A stretch of DNA of 42,962 bases from a virus: IMG/VR virus record IMGVR_UViG_3300031965_000065; one strand, written 5' to 3'. The translations under genes and the position numbers were made by a program. The notes under the pieces were generated by a model that was given only the letters and a program-made list of their open reading frames with translations, searched no databases and had not been told where the DNA came from. Of this stretch, positions 24,733-33,496 are shown piece after piece. Each line of letters begins with the position of its first letter. Position 1 is the stretch's first letter.

Positions 24733-25467
24733 ATGGCAAATCAAAACACAAATCCCAACTCCGACAATAATTCCACAAGCACCAGCGGCGAAGACGTTAC
24801 TTTTGATTCTATTGTAGATATTGACGTCGCCGAACTAAACGACAACCAAAAAGCCTTCATTCTTGATAACTCCGGCGAGCTTACAGAAGAACAGCGTGAA
24901 ATGTATGCTGAAGTTTTGGAAGGGGCAGACAATAGCGAAGACGAAGACGAGGACGAGGACACAGAAATAAATCCTGAAGATATTGAAATTAAAACGCGCA
25001 GTAAAAAAACTGAAGAAAAAAAGGTGGAGAGCGAGGGTGAAGATGACGACGACACAGAAATAGACCCTGAAGAAGCCAAAACTATTGGCAAAGTTGTTGA
25101 TAAAAAACTTGGAGATTACAGGGGAACTCAAAGTGAAATTCAAGCAATAAAAGACAAACAGGACGTAAATGATTTTATTTCTGACAATCCAGACTTTAAG
25201 CCGTATCGTGATGTAATGCTTAAATATATGGCGCACCCTGCCTATAAAGATATTCCTGTCGAAAACCTTTCTTTGATAGTTGCCGGAAGCGACCTTCAAA
25301 AACTTGGGGCAAAAAAGGAACGTGAAGCGGCAAGTAAGGCAAAATCTACTCAAGACGGGGGACAGACGGTTCGCGACAGAAAGGGTGGCGGAGAAGATGA
25401 TTGGGCAAAAGTAAGCAGAGAGGCTTTTGAGAAGAAGAAAAATGAGGTTTTAGGAATAAAAGTATAA
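24733..25467 (+). CDS. highly acidic scaffolding-like protein
   Basis: 244 aa with long Asp/Glu runs (SEDEDEDEDTE, EGEDDDDTE). Position between portal and capsid genes. Confidence 0.55.
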   Translation: MANQNTNPNSDNNSTSTSGEDVTFDSIVDIDVAELNDNQKAFILDNSGELTEEQREMYAEVLEGADNSEDEDEDEDTEINPEDIEIKTRSKKTEEKKVESEGEDDDDTEIDPEEAKTIGKVVDKKLGDYRGTQSEIQAIKDKQDVNDFISDNPDFKPYRDVMLKYMAHPAYKDIPVENLSLIVAGSDLQKLGAKKEREAASKAKSTQDGGQTVRDRKGGGEDDWAKVSREAFEKKKNEVLGIKV

Positions 25468-25482
25468 AGGCGGTGAAAAATT

Positions 25483-26166
25483 ATGACAGACGAAGTTAAA
25501 CCAGTAAAAACAGTAAAAGAGTTAAGAGCCGAGTTGGTTGAAATGGGCTTTGATGAATCTGCTGCTATGGGTATCAGGAGTAAGGATTCTTTGGTTGCTA
25601 CTATTTACGTTATGAAGAAGGCAAGTGCTTCCGGACAGCAAACATCTCAAGAAAAAACAGAAGATGATTTAAGGACTGAACTTGTTAGTTTGGGCTTTGA
25701 TGAATCTGCTGCTAAAAACATTCACGGAAAAGAAGCGTTGAGGGCAACAATTGCTATTGTTAAGGAAAAAAGACAGGAAACTAACGTGGATCAAACCACG
25801 CCGGAAGAAGACAGGGAAACCGAGCAGGCTTGGCAAGCAAAAGCAGACAAAATGGCAGAACAGCTACACTCGCAGGAAAAAGTCAGGGTTCTTATTCCAT
25901 TAGAGCCTAACGAAAAAGTAGGTGTGGTTAAGGAAGTTGAAGAACGCGGTGTCGTTCAATATCGGCACGTTTCCGGTGCGGTTTGGAGTAAAACGTTCAA
26001 TGGTTACAAAGTAATTATTCCAAAAGGTGTTTATTATCCTGTTCCACAGCAAATTGCTGACAATATTGCGACAGAATTAAACCAAACTCAATTAGCCGGT
26101 CAACACTTAAAACTTGACAGAATTGATCCTAATACGGGAAAGGCGGTTGCAGAACAATTGAGTTAG
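25483..26166 (+). CDS. protein with two HeH/SAP-like (Rho-N-like) motifs
   Basis: Duplicated VKELRAELVEMGFDESAAMGIRSKDSLVATI and DDLRTELVSLGFDESAAKNIHGKEALRATI. Confidence 0.6.
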   Translation: MTDEVKPVKTVKELRAELVEMGFDESAAMGIRSKDSLVATIYVMKKASASGQQTSQEKTEDDLRTELVSLGFDESAAKNIHGKEALRATIAIVKEKRQETNVDQTTPEEDRETEQAWQAKADKMAEQLHSQEKVRVLIPLEPNEKVGVVKEVEERGVVQYRHVSGAVWSKTFNGYKVIIPKGVYYPVPQQIADNIATELNQTQLAGQHLKLDRIDPNTGKAVAEQLS

Positions 26167-26478
26167 ATGACTTCTTCACAAAAACATTCACAACTTGTTA
26201 TGGAATCTCAAAAAAGATATCCAGAAAAGTATAGTGCAAGAAAAGCTATACTTTGGTTAGTACAAACCAAAAAAATCCCAAAAGCAAGAGAGCTTGATTG
26301 TATAGATTGTGACAACCCTGCTGCTTGTTACGACCACGCAAAGGGATATAAAGGAAAAAATAAGTATTATGTTGAACCAGTTTGTTGGAAGTGTCACATC
26401 AAAAGAGGGAAAAAGAGAAAAGAATATCGTAATGGAAGCATGAAAAGACCAAAAGTGGCTTACTACTTGACAAGTTGA
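26167..26478 (+). CDS. small HNH/His-Me-finger-like endonuclease
   Basis: CIDCDNPAACYDHAKGY...VEPVCWKCHIKRGKKR. The AT-rich gene sits directly before the capsid gene. Confidence 0.55.
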   Translation: MTSSQKHSQLVMESQKRYPEKYSARKAILWLVQTKKIPKARELDCIDCDNPAACYDHAKGYKGKNKYYVEPVCWKCHIKRGKKRKEYRNGSMKRPKVAYYLTS

Positions 26479-26560
26479 TTTAATCTATTCTATTATTAGT
26501 TAGATACGAATTACGGAAAAACCGGCGTACCAAATAGGTGCGCTTTTTTATTGAAAAAAC

Positions 26561-27556
26561 ATGGCAGGAACAAACAACGTTAGATCAGCAACACAAACCG
26601 GCACAGCGTCTGCCGGAAACATACCGCGAGAGGTAAACAACTTCTATGACAGGGCATTACTTGAAAGAGCAGTGCCGGCTTTTGTTCATAATAGGTTTGC
26701 ACAAGTTAGGGACTTACCAAGAAACGCAGGAACAAACACTGTTAAATTCCGAAGATATGGTTCGCTAACCGCAACCACGACCGCACTCACTGAGGGGGTT
26801 ACTCCTTCCGGCTCACAGCTTACAATCACTGATTTGGTTGCGAGTGTTTTACAGTACGGTGATTATGTAACTATCACCGATATTGTGGACATGGAAACTT
26901 ACGATCCAATTTTGACTGAAACTGCTGAAGTTCTTGGTGAGCAAGCAGGAGATTCGCTAGACCAACTTTGTAGAACAGTTTTGATTGCAGGGGCTTCCGC
27001 ACAGTACGCAAGTACAGCAACCACAGTCAACACTGTATCCGCAGCCATGAAACTTGATCGAGCAGAGGTAAAAGAAGCAGTAAGAACTCTTAAGGGAAAC
27101 AACGCAAAACCTGTAACCTCAATGATTAATCCTTCTACTGGTTATAACACCACACCTATTAATAGAGCATTTATCGGTATTGTTCACCCTAACAGCACTT
27201 ATGATTTGGACGACGCAACCGGCTGGATTCCTGTTGAAAAATATCCTAATCAATCTGATGTTATGCCAAACGAGGTTGGATCACTTGCCGGAGTTAGATT
27301 TGTTGAATCTACTAATGCTCATTCAGAGTCCGGTTCACTTACTACGGTTTATGGAACTTTAATTTTTGGTCAGAACGCTTATGCTCAAACAAGAATTTCC
27401 GGTGAAGCACTAATGAATATTGTTAAACCTTTGGGGAGTGCTGGAACAGCCGATCCTTTGAATCAAAGGACAACTTCGGGTTGGAAAGCAACTTATGTTG
27501 CCAAAGTATTGAACGCAAATTACATAATAGTTGTATATCACGGGGTATCAAGCTAA
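26561..27556 (+). CDS. major capsid protein (HK97-fold type)
   Basis: 331 aa. NFYDRALLERAVPAFVHNRFAQVRDLPRNAGTNTVKFRRYGSL...ALTEGVTP...VLQYGDYVTITD matches the conserved N-terminal pattern of podoviral HK97-fold capsid proteins. Confidence 0.8.
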   Translation: MAGTNNVRSATQTGTASAGNIPREVNNFYDRALLERAVPAFVHNRFAQVRDLPRNAGTNTVKFRRYGSLTATTTALTEGVTPSGSQLTITDLVASVLQYGDYVTITDIVDMETYDPILTETAEVLGEQAGDSLDQLCRTVLIAGASAQYASTATTVNTVSAAMKLDRAEVKEAVRTLKGNNAKPVTSMINPSTGYNTTPINRAFIGIVHPNSTYDLDDATGWIPVEKYPNQSDVMPNEVGSLAGVRFVESTNAHSESGSLTTVYGTLIFGQNAYAQTRISGEALMNIVKPLGSAGTADPLNQRTTSGWKATYVAKVLNANYIIVVYHGVSS

Positions 27557-27570
27557 AATAAATAAATAAT

Positions 27571-27909
27571 ATGTCTGTAACAAGCACACAATCACATCAA
27601 CCGGCAAGCGTAGCAAACATAGCAGTAGGAAGCTACATTGACACCGGAACAGCAGCAGCGTTTTCTATAACCTGCGGATTCAAACCCCGATATGTCAGGG
27701 TTGCAAACGAAGACGGTGACGCTTTTGAGGAATGGTTTGAAGGAATGGCGGACGAAGAAGCCATGAAACTGGTCGGTGACACCTCGCCAGTAACCTATTC
27801 CAAGATCACATCAGAAGGAATTACCGTATCTGCTTCCGGATTCACAGTCGGACTTGATACCGATATAAATGTATCTTCACAGCAACTATCTTGGTTAGCA
27901 ATAGGTTAA
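27571..27909 (+). CDS. hypothetical small virion protein
   Basis: 112-aa ORF immediately after the capsid gene. Confidence 0.55.
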   Translation: MSVTSTQSHQPASVANIAVGSYIDTGTAAAFSITCGFKPRYVRVANEDGDAFEEWFEGMADEEAMKLVGDTSPVTYSKITSEGITVSASGFTVGLDTDINVSSQQLSWLAIG

Positions 27910-27937
27910 GGTTAGGTTAGGAGAGGAAACCAATAAC

Positions 27938-28963
27938 ATGAACTTAGCAAAACTAAACTCCGAAGTAACTCATGGGAATTTTCAGTTGGAAAAGTTCCTG
28001 AGAGATATGGTACTGGCTCAAAGCCCTTCTTTTATCCCTGGCAACATTTATGTAGTCTTTAACACTTCAGACGAGGCTTATGTTCAGTATGCAAAGGATT
28101 GGGACAATCTTTATCCTGACGGAACAAGAGTCGTTCAAACAAGCCTACTTGCCGCTTACAATGCAACTACTTCAAATAGGCATGATGTAATTCTTATCAA
28201 CGGACACAATACCCACACTTTGACAGCCATGCTTACCGTTTCCAAGAATAGGATTCACTTTATGGGAATGGACGCGGTTGGCAGAAGGTATGGACAGGGT
28301 GCAAAAGTATCACTCGGAGTAACCACAGCCGCAACGGATATTGCCACAATCCTAGTTACCGGAGTTAGAAATTCATTCCACCACATCAAATTCCTTAACT
28401 CAAACACAGTTACCGAAGGTATTTACTGCTTTGCAGACGGCGGAGAATATACCTTTATGGAAAATTGTGAGATTTACAAATCAACCGATCTTGACCAAAC
28501 CGGTGCGGCAGAGCTTGTCGCAAACGGAGATTCTAGCCACTACAAAAACTGCTACATTGGAACTACGGTTGATGCAATTTCGGGTGCAGTTATCAGACCT
28601 TGTGTAACTTTCTCAAGAGGGTTGGCAGCAGCAAGTGCGGTAGCACGAGATGTAACTTTTGAAAATTGTATCTTTGCAAGGAATTTTGGCAATTCTGCAA
28701 ACAGGTTCGTCTATGGCGCAGAAGCAAACGCGCTTGAAAGACTTGGGCTTTTTGAAAATTGTATCTTTTGGGGTGCAGCCTTATCTTCGGCAGTACCGGC
28801 TCAAAATGTAGCTTTCGGTGCGACACAAACTGACGGCTCGGTATTACTGCATAATTGCAGTTCAGTCGCAGCAGGAACAGCTATGAGTACGACAACCGGA
28901 GTGTTTGTAGATAGTCCAGTACCAACAGCAGCAACATCTGGTATATCAGTACAAGCGTCATAA
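27938..28963 (+). CDS. parallel beta-helix (pectin-lyase-fold-like) protein
   Basis: Periodic rung-like motifs: MENCEIY, YKNCYIG, FENCIFA, FENCIFW, LHNCSSV. Confidence 0.55.
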   Translation: MNLAKLNSEVTHGNFQLEKFLRDMVLAQSPSFIPGNIYVVFNTSDEAYVQYAKDWDNLYPDGTRVVQTSLLAAYNATTSNRHDVILINGHNTHTLTAMLTVSKNRIHFMGMDAVGRRYGQGAKVSLGVTTAATDIATILVTGVRNSFHHIKFLNSNTVTEGIYCFADGGEYTFMENCEIYKSTDLDQTGAAELVANGDSSHYKNCYIGTTVDAISGAVIRPCVTFSRGLAAASAVARDVTFENCIFARNFGNSANRFVYGAEANALERLGLFENCIFWGAALSSAVPAQNVAFGATQTDGSVLLHNCSSVAAGTAMSTTTGVFVDSPVPTAATSGISVQAS

Positions 28964-28964
28964 C

Positions 28965-29084
28965 ATGGCAGCAAAAAAGAAACAACCTAAAAGATCAGTA
29001 GCAGAAGATAGAGCCTCTATGAATGAGGATTGGCTTGAAGCAAACCCTCTTCCCAAAAAGTCTCCGAAAAAGAAAAAGAAATAA
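28965..29084 (+). CDS. 39-aa Lys-rich peptide
   Basis: Translation MAAKKKQPKRSVAEDRASMNEDWLEANPLPKKSPKKKKK. Starts 2 nt after the previous stop. Confidence 0.35.
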   Translation: MAAKKKQPKRSVAEDRASMNEDWLEANPLPKKSPKKKKK

Positions 29085-29125
29085 CTCATATTGACTTCGC
29101 AATCATTCAATAGCTATACTGAATT

Positions 29126-29332
29126 ATGGCTCGTTTGTATAAGTTGGAAGTTCAGAGAGACGGAGTTCAGATAAACCTTTATTACCACGATGACGGAAGT
29201 TTAGAATTGGCTGATGCCGATAGCGGTATGCCAATTGATTACCTCAACGCAAAACTACGGATAATGGAACTCTTGTTTGATTGGTGTTTAAAGTATAAAA
29301 TTAGTTCAATAGAGTGTTCAGTAGTAGAATAA
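29126..29332 (+). CDS. hypothetical protein
   Basis: 68-aa ORF. Confidence 0.5.
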   Translation: MARLYKLEVQRDGVQINLYYHDDGSLELADADSGMPIDYLNAKLRIMELLFDWCLKYKISSIECSVVE

Positions 29333-29333
29333 T

Positions 29334-29843
29334 ATGACAATTTTTGACGCAGTTCAGGATATAGACGGACAAGGTAAGGTTCTTCAAAGTGATTTTGCTT
29401 TCCGGACTAAAAAAAGAATTACCTTTGCAGGTGCTACCACAAATGCTTGGGGTGATGACGGCGGAACGTTAGACGGTGGCGCGATCTTCACAGTTACAGG
29501 ACTTCTCAAGATTCAGGTTTTTGCTGAGGTAATTACCAATTTGGCAGGTGGTGCTACGGCTGAGGTCGGAATTGCCGGTGCAACAGCTATCTTTTTAGCA
29601 CAGGAAACTGACACCAATTTGGACGCAGGCAACATTTGGCTTAACGACGGAACTCCGGCAGCTTATTACATAATCGGAGAAGAACAGGCGGCAATAGACA
29701 ATGCCCCAATTTATATCCTTAACGGACAAGACATTATTTTAACCACAGCAGGTGGTGCAAACACCACTTCAGGGGTAATTGACTTCTTTGCTCTTTGGAC
29801 ACCAGTATCAGACGACGCGGCAGTTGAGGATTCTGGCAATTAA
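29334..29843 (+). CDS. hypothetical Ala/Gly-rich virion protein
   Basis: 169-aa ORF in the structural block. Confidence 0.6.
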   Translation: MTIFDAVQDIDGQGKVLQSDFAFRTKKRITFAGATTNAWGDDGGTLDGGAIFTVTGLLKIQVFAEVITNLAGGATAEVGIAGATAIFLAQETDTNLDAGNIWLNDGTPAAYYIIGEEQAAIDNAPIYILNGQDIILTTAGGANTTSGVIDFFALWTPVSDDAAVEDSGN

Positions 29844-29878
29844 GTTGAAGTAGCTACCTATAAGTAGTATATTGAAAT

Positions 29879-30307
29879 ATGCCATTTCAAAAAGGACACC
29901 TTCAGTATTCTTCTCATAGATTTCCAAAAGGACATTCCCCTTGGAATAAAGGAAAAAAACTACAACCCCTTTCAAAAGAACACAAGAAAAAGATTGGTGA
30001 AGCGTTAAAGGGTAAAAAGCCAAAGAATCTCAAAAAATTACATAGTTTGGGTGGAAGGGCGGTTGTGGGGAAAAAGAATGGAGAGTGGAAGGGTAGTGAT
30101 GTTGGTTACAGAGCATTACATCATTGGGTTGTTAGGCATTTGGGAACTCCTGATATTTGTGAGGATTGCGGTCTTGGTGGTTTGTTTGGTAAAAAGATTC
30201 ATTGGGCAAATAAATCTGGTAAGTATAAAAGGGATTTGAAGGATTGGGTAAGACTATGCAGTAAATGCCATAAATGCTATGATAAAAATATGAAAGGGGG
30301 ACACTAA
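29879..30307 (+). CDS. HNH homing endonuclease with NUMOD3-like DNA-binding repeats
   Basis: GHSPWNKGKKLQPLSKEHKKKIGEALKGK (NUMOD3-like) plus CEDCG...IHWAN...LCSKCHKCYD. Confidence 0.7.
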   Translation: MPFQKGHLQYSSHRFPKGHSPWNKGKKLQPLSKEHKKKIGEALKGKKPKNLKKLHSLGGRAVVGKKNGEWKGSDVGYRALHHWVVRHLGTPDICEDCGLGGLFGKKIHWANKSGKYKRDLKDWVRLCSKCHKCYDKNMKGGH

Positions 30308-30308
30308 A

Positions 30309-31040
30309 ATTACACCAGCAGAGGCAGCAGCATATATCAGGCTTAAAACGCGGACAAACTCAACAACACTTTCTAACGCTGATATCATTACCCTGTTTAA
30401 TGTATCAAAAAATTTTATTTGTCAGAGGGCTTTAGAAACCGACGAAGACATTTGGCTTGTTCCCACAACTTATGACCTTGTTGACGATCAGCGTGAGTAT
30501 CCTTTGAGTTCAAACATTCTTTCGAGAATTGAACGTGTTGAGGCTAAACTCGACGAATCAAATTACATTAAACTTTACTCCATTGACCTTACAGATTTTG
30601 ACGATCCCATTTCCACAGAGGCGGATATTGTAGCCACCTTTGCGAACACTGAGGGTAACGCATATTACGACATTATGCGTAAATCCATTTATATTTATTC
30701 CGGAACGATTGAAGCCGTTACTGACGGACTTAAAATTTGGCAAAACACTTATCCTGCTGATATTTCTGATATGACTTCAACAACAGACATGAGTGTTGAT
30801 CCTTCCACAACAACTCACGGAGTACCTAAAGCGCTTCATAAAGTGATTTGCGACGACGTGGTTATTGAATGGAAGGGTTCAAGGGAAAAACCAATTCCTT
30901 TGTCAGAATCCGAACTTTTACACCAAAGCAGGATCGAGCAGTCTTTCCAAACCCTCAAAAAAGCAAGCTATGACAACGAAGTAACGGGTAAATTGCCTGA
31001 CGGTGTTAGTGGTGTTGGGGAAGACGGAAGTGATTACTAA
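30309..31040 (+). CDS. head-tail adaptor (gp6-like connector) candidate with proposed ATT start
   Basis: The frame is open from 30294, but the first canonical start is TTG at 30504. SD AAGGGGG (30294-30300) lies 8 nt before ATT at 30309. The N-terminus TPAEAAAYIRLKTRTNSTTLSNADIITLF resembles the connector-family N-terminal helix. Confidence 0.5.
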   Translation: MTPAEAAAYIRLKTRTNSTTLSNADIITLFNVSKNFICQRALETDEDIWLVPTTYDLVDDQREYPLSSNILSRIERVEAKLDESNYIKLYSIDLTDFDDPISTEADIVATFANTEGNAYYDIMRKSIYIYSGTIEAVTDGLKIWQNTYPADISDMTSTTDMSVDPSTTTHGVPKALHKVICDDVVIEWKGSREKPIPLSESELLHQSRIEQSFQTLKKASYDNEVTGKLPDGVSGVGEDGSDY

Positions 31041-31042
31041 AT

Positions 31043-31306
31043 ATGTATGATGAACAGATTACAAAGACCGCGAAGCCGACCGGCGCGGCAACGGTAACTG
31101 AAAAACCTTCCGGAACTCCAACAGTCACAGCCAAACCGTCAGCAAGTGCAACAATCACAGCCAAACCGACAGGTGCAGCAACAGTTACGGCTAAACCTAC
31201 CGGCACAGCAACAATAATAGAAGAACCATACAACCCATATCTTTTAGCCGAAGACTTGGGGATTTTAACAGCCGAAGACGGCGTAGCATTACAAATTGAA
31301 GAATGA
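31043..31306 (+). CDS. short repeat protein (5 x TAKPTGAATV-like decapeptide)
   Basis: 87-aa ORF, coupled to the downstream gene by a 4-nt overlap. Confidence 0.6.
   Translation: MYDEQITKTAKPTGAATVTEKPSGTPTVTAKPSASATITAKPTGAATVTAKPTGTATIIEEPYNPYLLAEDLGILTAEDGVALQIEE
31067..31216 (+). repeat. 5 x 30-bp in-frame tandem repeat
   Basis: Encodes TAKPTGAATV / TEKPSGTPTV / TAKPSASATI / TAKPTGAATV / TAKPTGTATI. Confidence 0.9.
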
Positions 31307-31992
31307 GCTATAAAATAACTGACCTATCAACAGGATCAACCGTTGCCAGCGACGACTGGGTTGCTATTGTTGATAAATCAGACACAACACACGCAGCCAC
31401 CGGAACTACTAAAAAATATCCCATTTCAACACTTTCTGCGTATTTGGCGGCGCTGGCTGAAACATTAACAAACAAAACTTTAACCTCACCACTTTTGACT
31501 ACTCCGCAAATAAATGACGCTTCAAGCGATCATCAATATATTTTTGCCGGAAGCGAACTAACAGCCGACCGTACCGTTACCCTTCCACTTCTTACCGGAA
31601 ATGATACTTTTGTGTTTGAAGATCACCCCCAAACTCTTACAAACAAAACAATAGTTCACACAGTAAATGAATATAATCCTTCCGGTGGCGGATTAGCCAC
31701 AGTTGACCTTTCAGACGGAATCCTGCACGTTATTAACTTTCCTGCTGGCAATATTTCAGTAGCAATTTCAAACGAAACTGTCGGTCAATATTTTGTGATT
31801 GAGTTAATTCAGGACGGGACGGGTGGACGCACTGTTTCAGCGTGGTTTTCGGGTGACACAATCAATTGGCAGGACGATACCGAACCCACATTATCAACAG
31901 CAGCAGACACCAAAGACGTGTTTGGTTTCAGGGTTGTTGCCGCAGGTGAGTTTGACGGATACATTGTTGCGCAAGGAATACCAACAGCTTAA
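31303..31992 (+). CDS. putative tail fibre/appendage protein
   Basis: The N-terminus YKITDLSTGSTVASDDWVAIVDKSD...TKKYPISTLSAYL resembles the common phage fibre N-terminal motif. Confidence 0.5.
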   Translation: MSYKITDLSTGSTVASDDWVAIVDKSDTTHAATGTTKKYPISTLSAYLAALAETLTNKTLTSPLLTTPQINDASSDHQYIFAGSELTADRTVTLPLLTGNDTFVFEDHPQTLTNKTIVHTVNEYNPSGGGLATVDLSDGILHVINFPAGNISVAISNETVGQYFVIELIQDGTGGRTVSAWFSGDTINWQDDTEPTLSTAADTKDVFGFRVVAAGEFDGYIVAQGIPTA

Positions 31993-31994
31993 CT

Positions 31995-32180
31995 ATGGAA
32001 AAGAAAATTATTTGGATCGTTCAGTGTTATGAAAGGGAAATGGATAATAATTTCCTTGACATTGTAGTTTGTGAGGTTTATGCCAAAAACGAGGAAGAAG
32101 CCTTAAAACGTGCTGGAAAACTAATCAAAAGAAAGCATTATCGCGTTCAGCGAGTTATAGAAAAATACGAAACAAAGTGA
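31995..32180 (+). CDS. hypothetical protein
   Basis: 61-aa ORF. Confidence 0.45.
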   Translation: MEKKIIWIVQCYEREMDNNFLDIVVCEVYAKNEEEALKRAGKLIKRKHYRVQRVIEKYETK

Positions 32181-32181
32181 T

Positions 32182-33480
32182 ATGGCAACAATACCAGCAG
32201 GTGTAATACTAATATGGACAGGCACACACGCAGGAATACCGACAGTTTGGCAAAGGGAAACCGCGTTTGATGACAAACATTTGAAGGCGTGGGGAACAGA
32301 AGACCCCAACGACACCGGCGGATCAAATGCCCACACACACGCGGCAACATCTCACGGACACACTTTAACGGCTCACACTCACGCCGTAGTTTTGGCTAAT
32401 TATTCTGGTGGAAGTGGAAACGCAGACGACAACGATCCTCGCGCGGTAGCGGATAATCACGGACACAATTCAGCCAATATTGGTGGAACTTCCGGCGGGG
32501 CGCTACAAAACGAAGATGTTACTTGGTCTTCTGTAAACCACGAACCCCCTTACAATGAAGTTATTTTTATTAAACCGTCCGGTGGTGCAGCGCCCATTTC
32601 AGACGATATTATTGTTTTTTGGAACAGCGCAACAGAGCCGGACGACAATTTTGATTTTTGCGACGGCGACAACGGAACGACAGACCTTAGAAATAAATAC
32701 TTAAAAGGTGCAACAACGGACGCTGACGCTGGCGGTTCGGGTGGGGCAACAAGCCACCAGCACTCGATAACTCACGGACACACCGCAAATACTCATACTC
32801 ATTCAGGCACAAGTTCTAATCAAAACAGTGGAAGTAGGCAGGGTAATGCCGGAACGGGTCAGGCTAATATAAATCACACTCATACAATAAGTTTGGCTGC
32901 CGGAACGGCTAATGTTTCGGATTATACAAAAACTGACGCCGGATCGGGTGACACGATTGATCTTGTTCACCACAGACTAGCTTTGGTTCAAAACACTTCC
33001 GGTGCTTCAAAATCCCCCAAATTAGGTATGATCGGCTTGTGGTTGGGAACGGTTGCAAATGTTCCAGTGGGTTGGGACGTTTGCGACGGAAGTAACGACA
33101 CTCCGGACTTGAGAAATAAATATATAAAAGTAATAAACATAACAAGCGAGATAGGTGACACGGGCGGTAGTAATACTCATAGCCATTCAGCAGTAAGTCA
33201 CACCCATGCGGCGACCGGAACTCACACACACACCGGAAGCACAGGTACACCAAGTGCAACTGCGAGCAAGTCAGGACAACAAGATAACGGTTGGACAGAG
33301 GACGATCATACTCACACCCTACAATCCGTATCAAGTCAAACAGCCACCTTTTCAACTGACGACTTGGATTCTGGTTCGGCGGTGAACCACGAACCTGCCT
33401 ACAGGATTGCAGCTTTTATTCAGCTAAATAAAATCTTTGGGGGTGGATTTTTGGCTGCTTTAATGGCAAGTTCAGGCTAA
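32182..33480 (+). CDS. tail fibre protein with three tandem tail-collar-like, His-rich (HxH) repeats
   Basis: Three modules, each with I.(I/F/L)W...(GW.VCDG / FCDGDNG)..(T)(P/T)DLRNKY(L/I)K...GG(S)..H.H...H.H. Modules 1 and 3 end in NHEP.Y...FI. Confidence 0.7.
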   Translation: MATIPAGVILIWTGTHAGIPTVWQRETAFDDKHLKAWGTEDPNDTGGSNAHTHAATSHGHTLTAHTHAVVLANYSGGSGNADDNDPRAVADNHGHNSANIGGTSGGALQNEDVTWSSVNHEPPYNEVIFIKPSGGAAPISDDIIVFWNSATEPDDNFDFCDGDNGTTDLRNKYLKGATTDADAGGSGGATSHQHSITHGHTANTHTHSGTSSNQNSGSRQGNAGTGQANINHTHTISLAAGTANVSDYTKTDAGSGDTIDLVHHRLALVQNTSGASKSPKLGMIGLWLGTVANVPVGWDVCDGSNDTPDLRNKYIKVINITSEIGDTGGSNTHSHSAVSHTHAATGTHTHTGSTGTPSATASKSGQQDNGWTEDDHTHTLQSVSSQTATFSTDDLDSGSAVNHEPAYRIAAFIQLNKIFGGGFLAALMASSG

Positions 33481-33496
33481 AATGTTATAGTTAATT

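Noticed and set aside
32182-33480. Diversity-generating retroelement targeting the repeated fibre gene
   Set aside because: There is no reverse transcriptase gene or template-repeat copy anywhere in the genome. The repeats are diverged protein modules, not near-identical VR/TR pairs.
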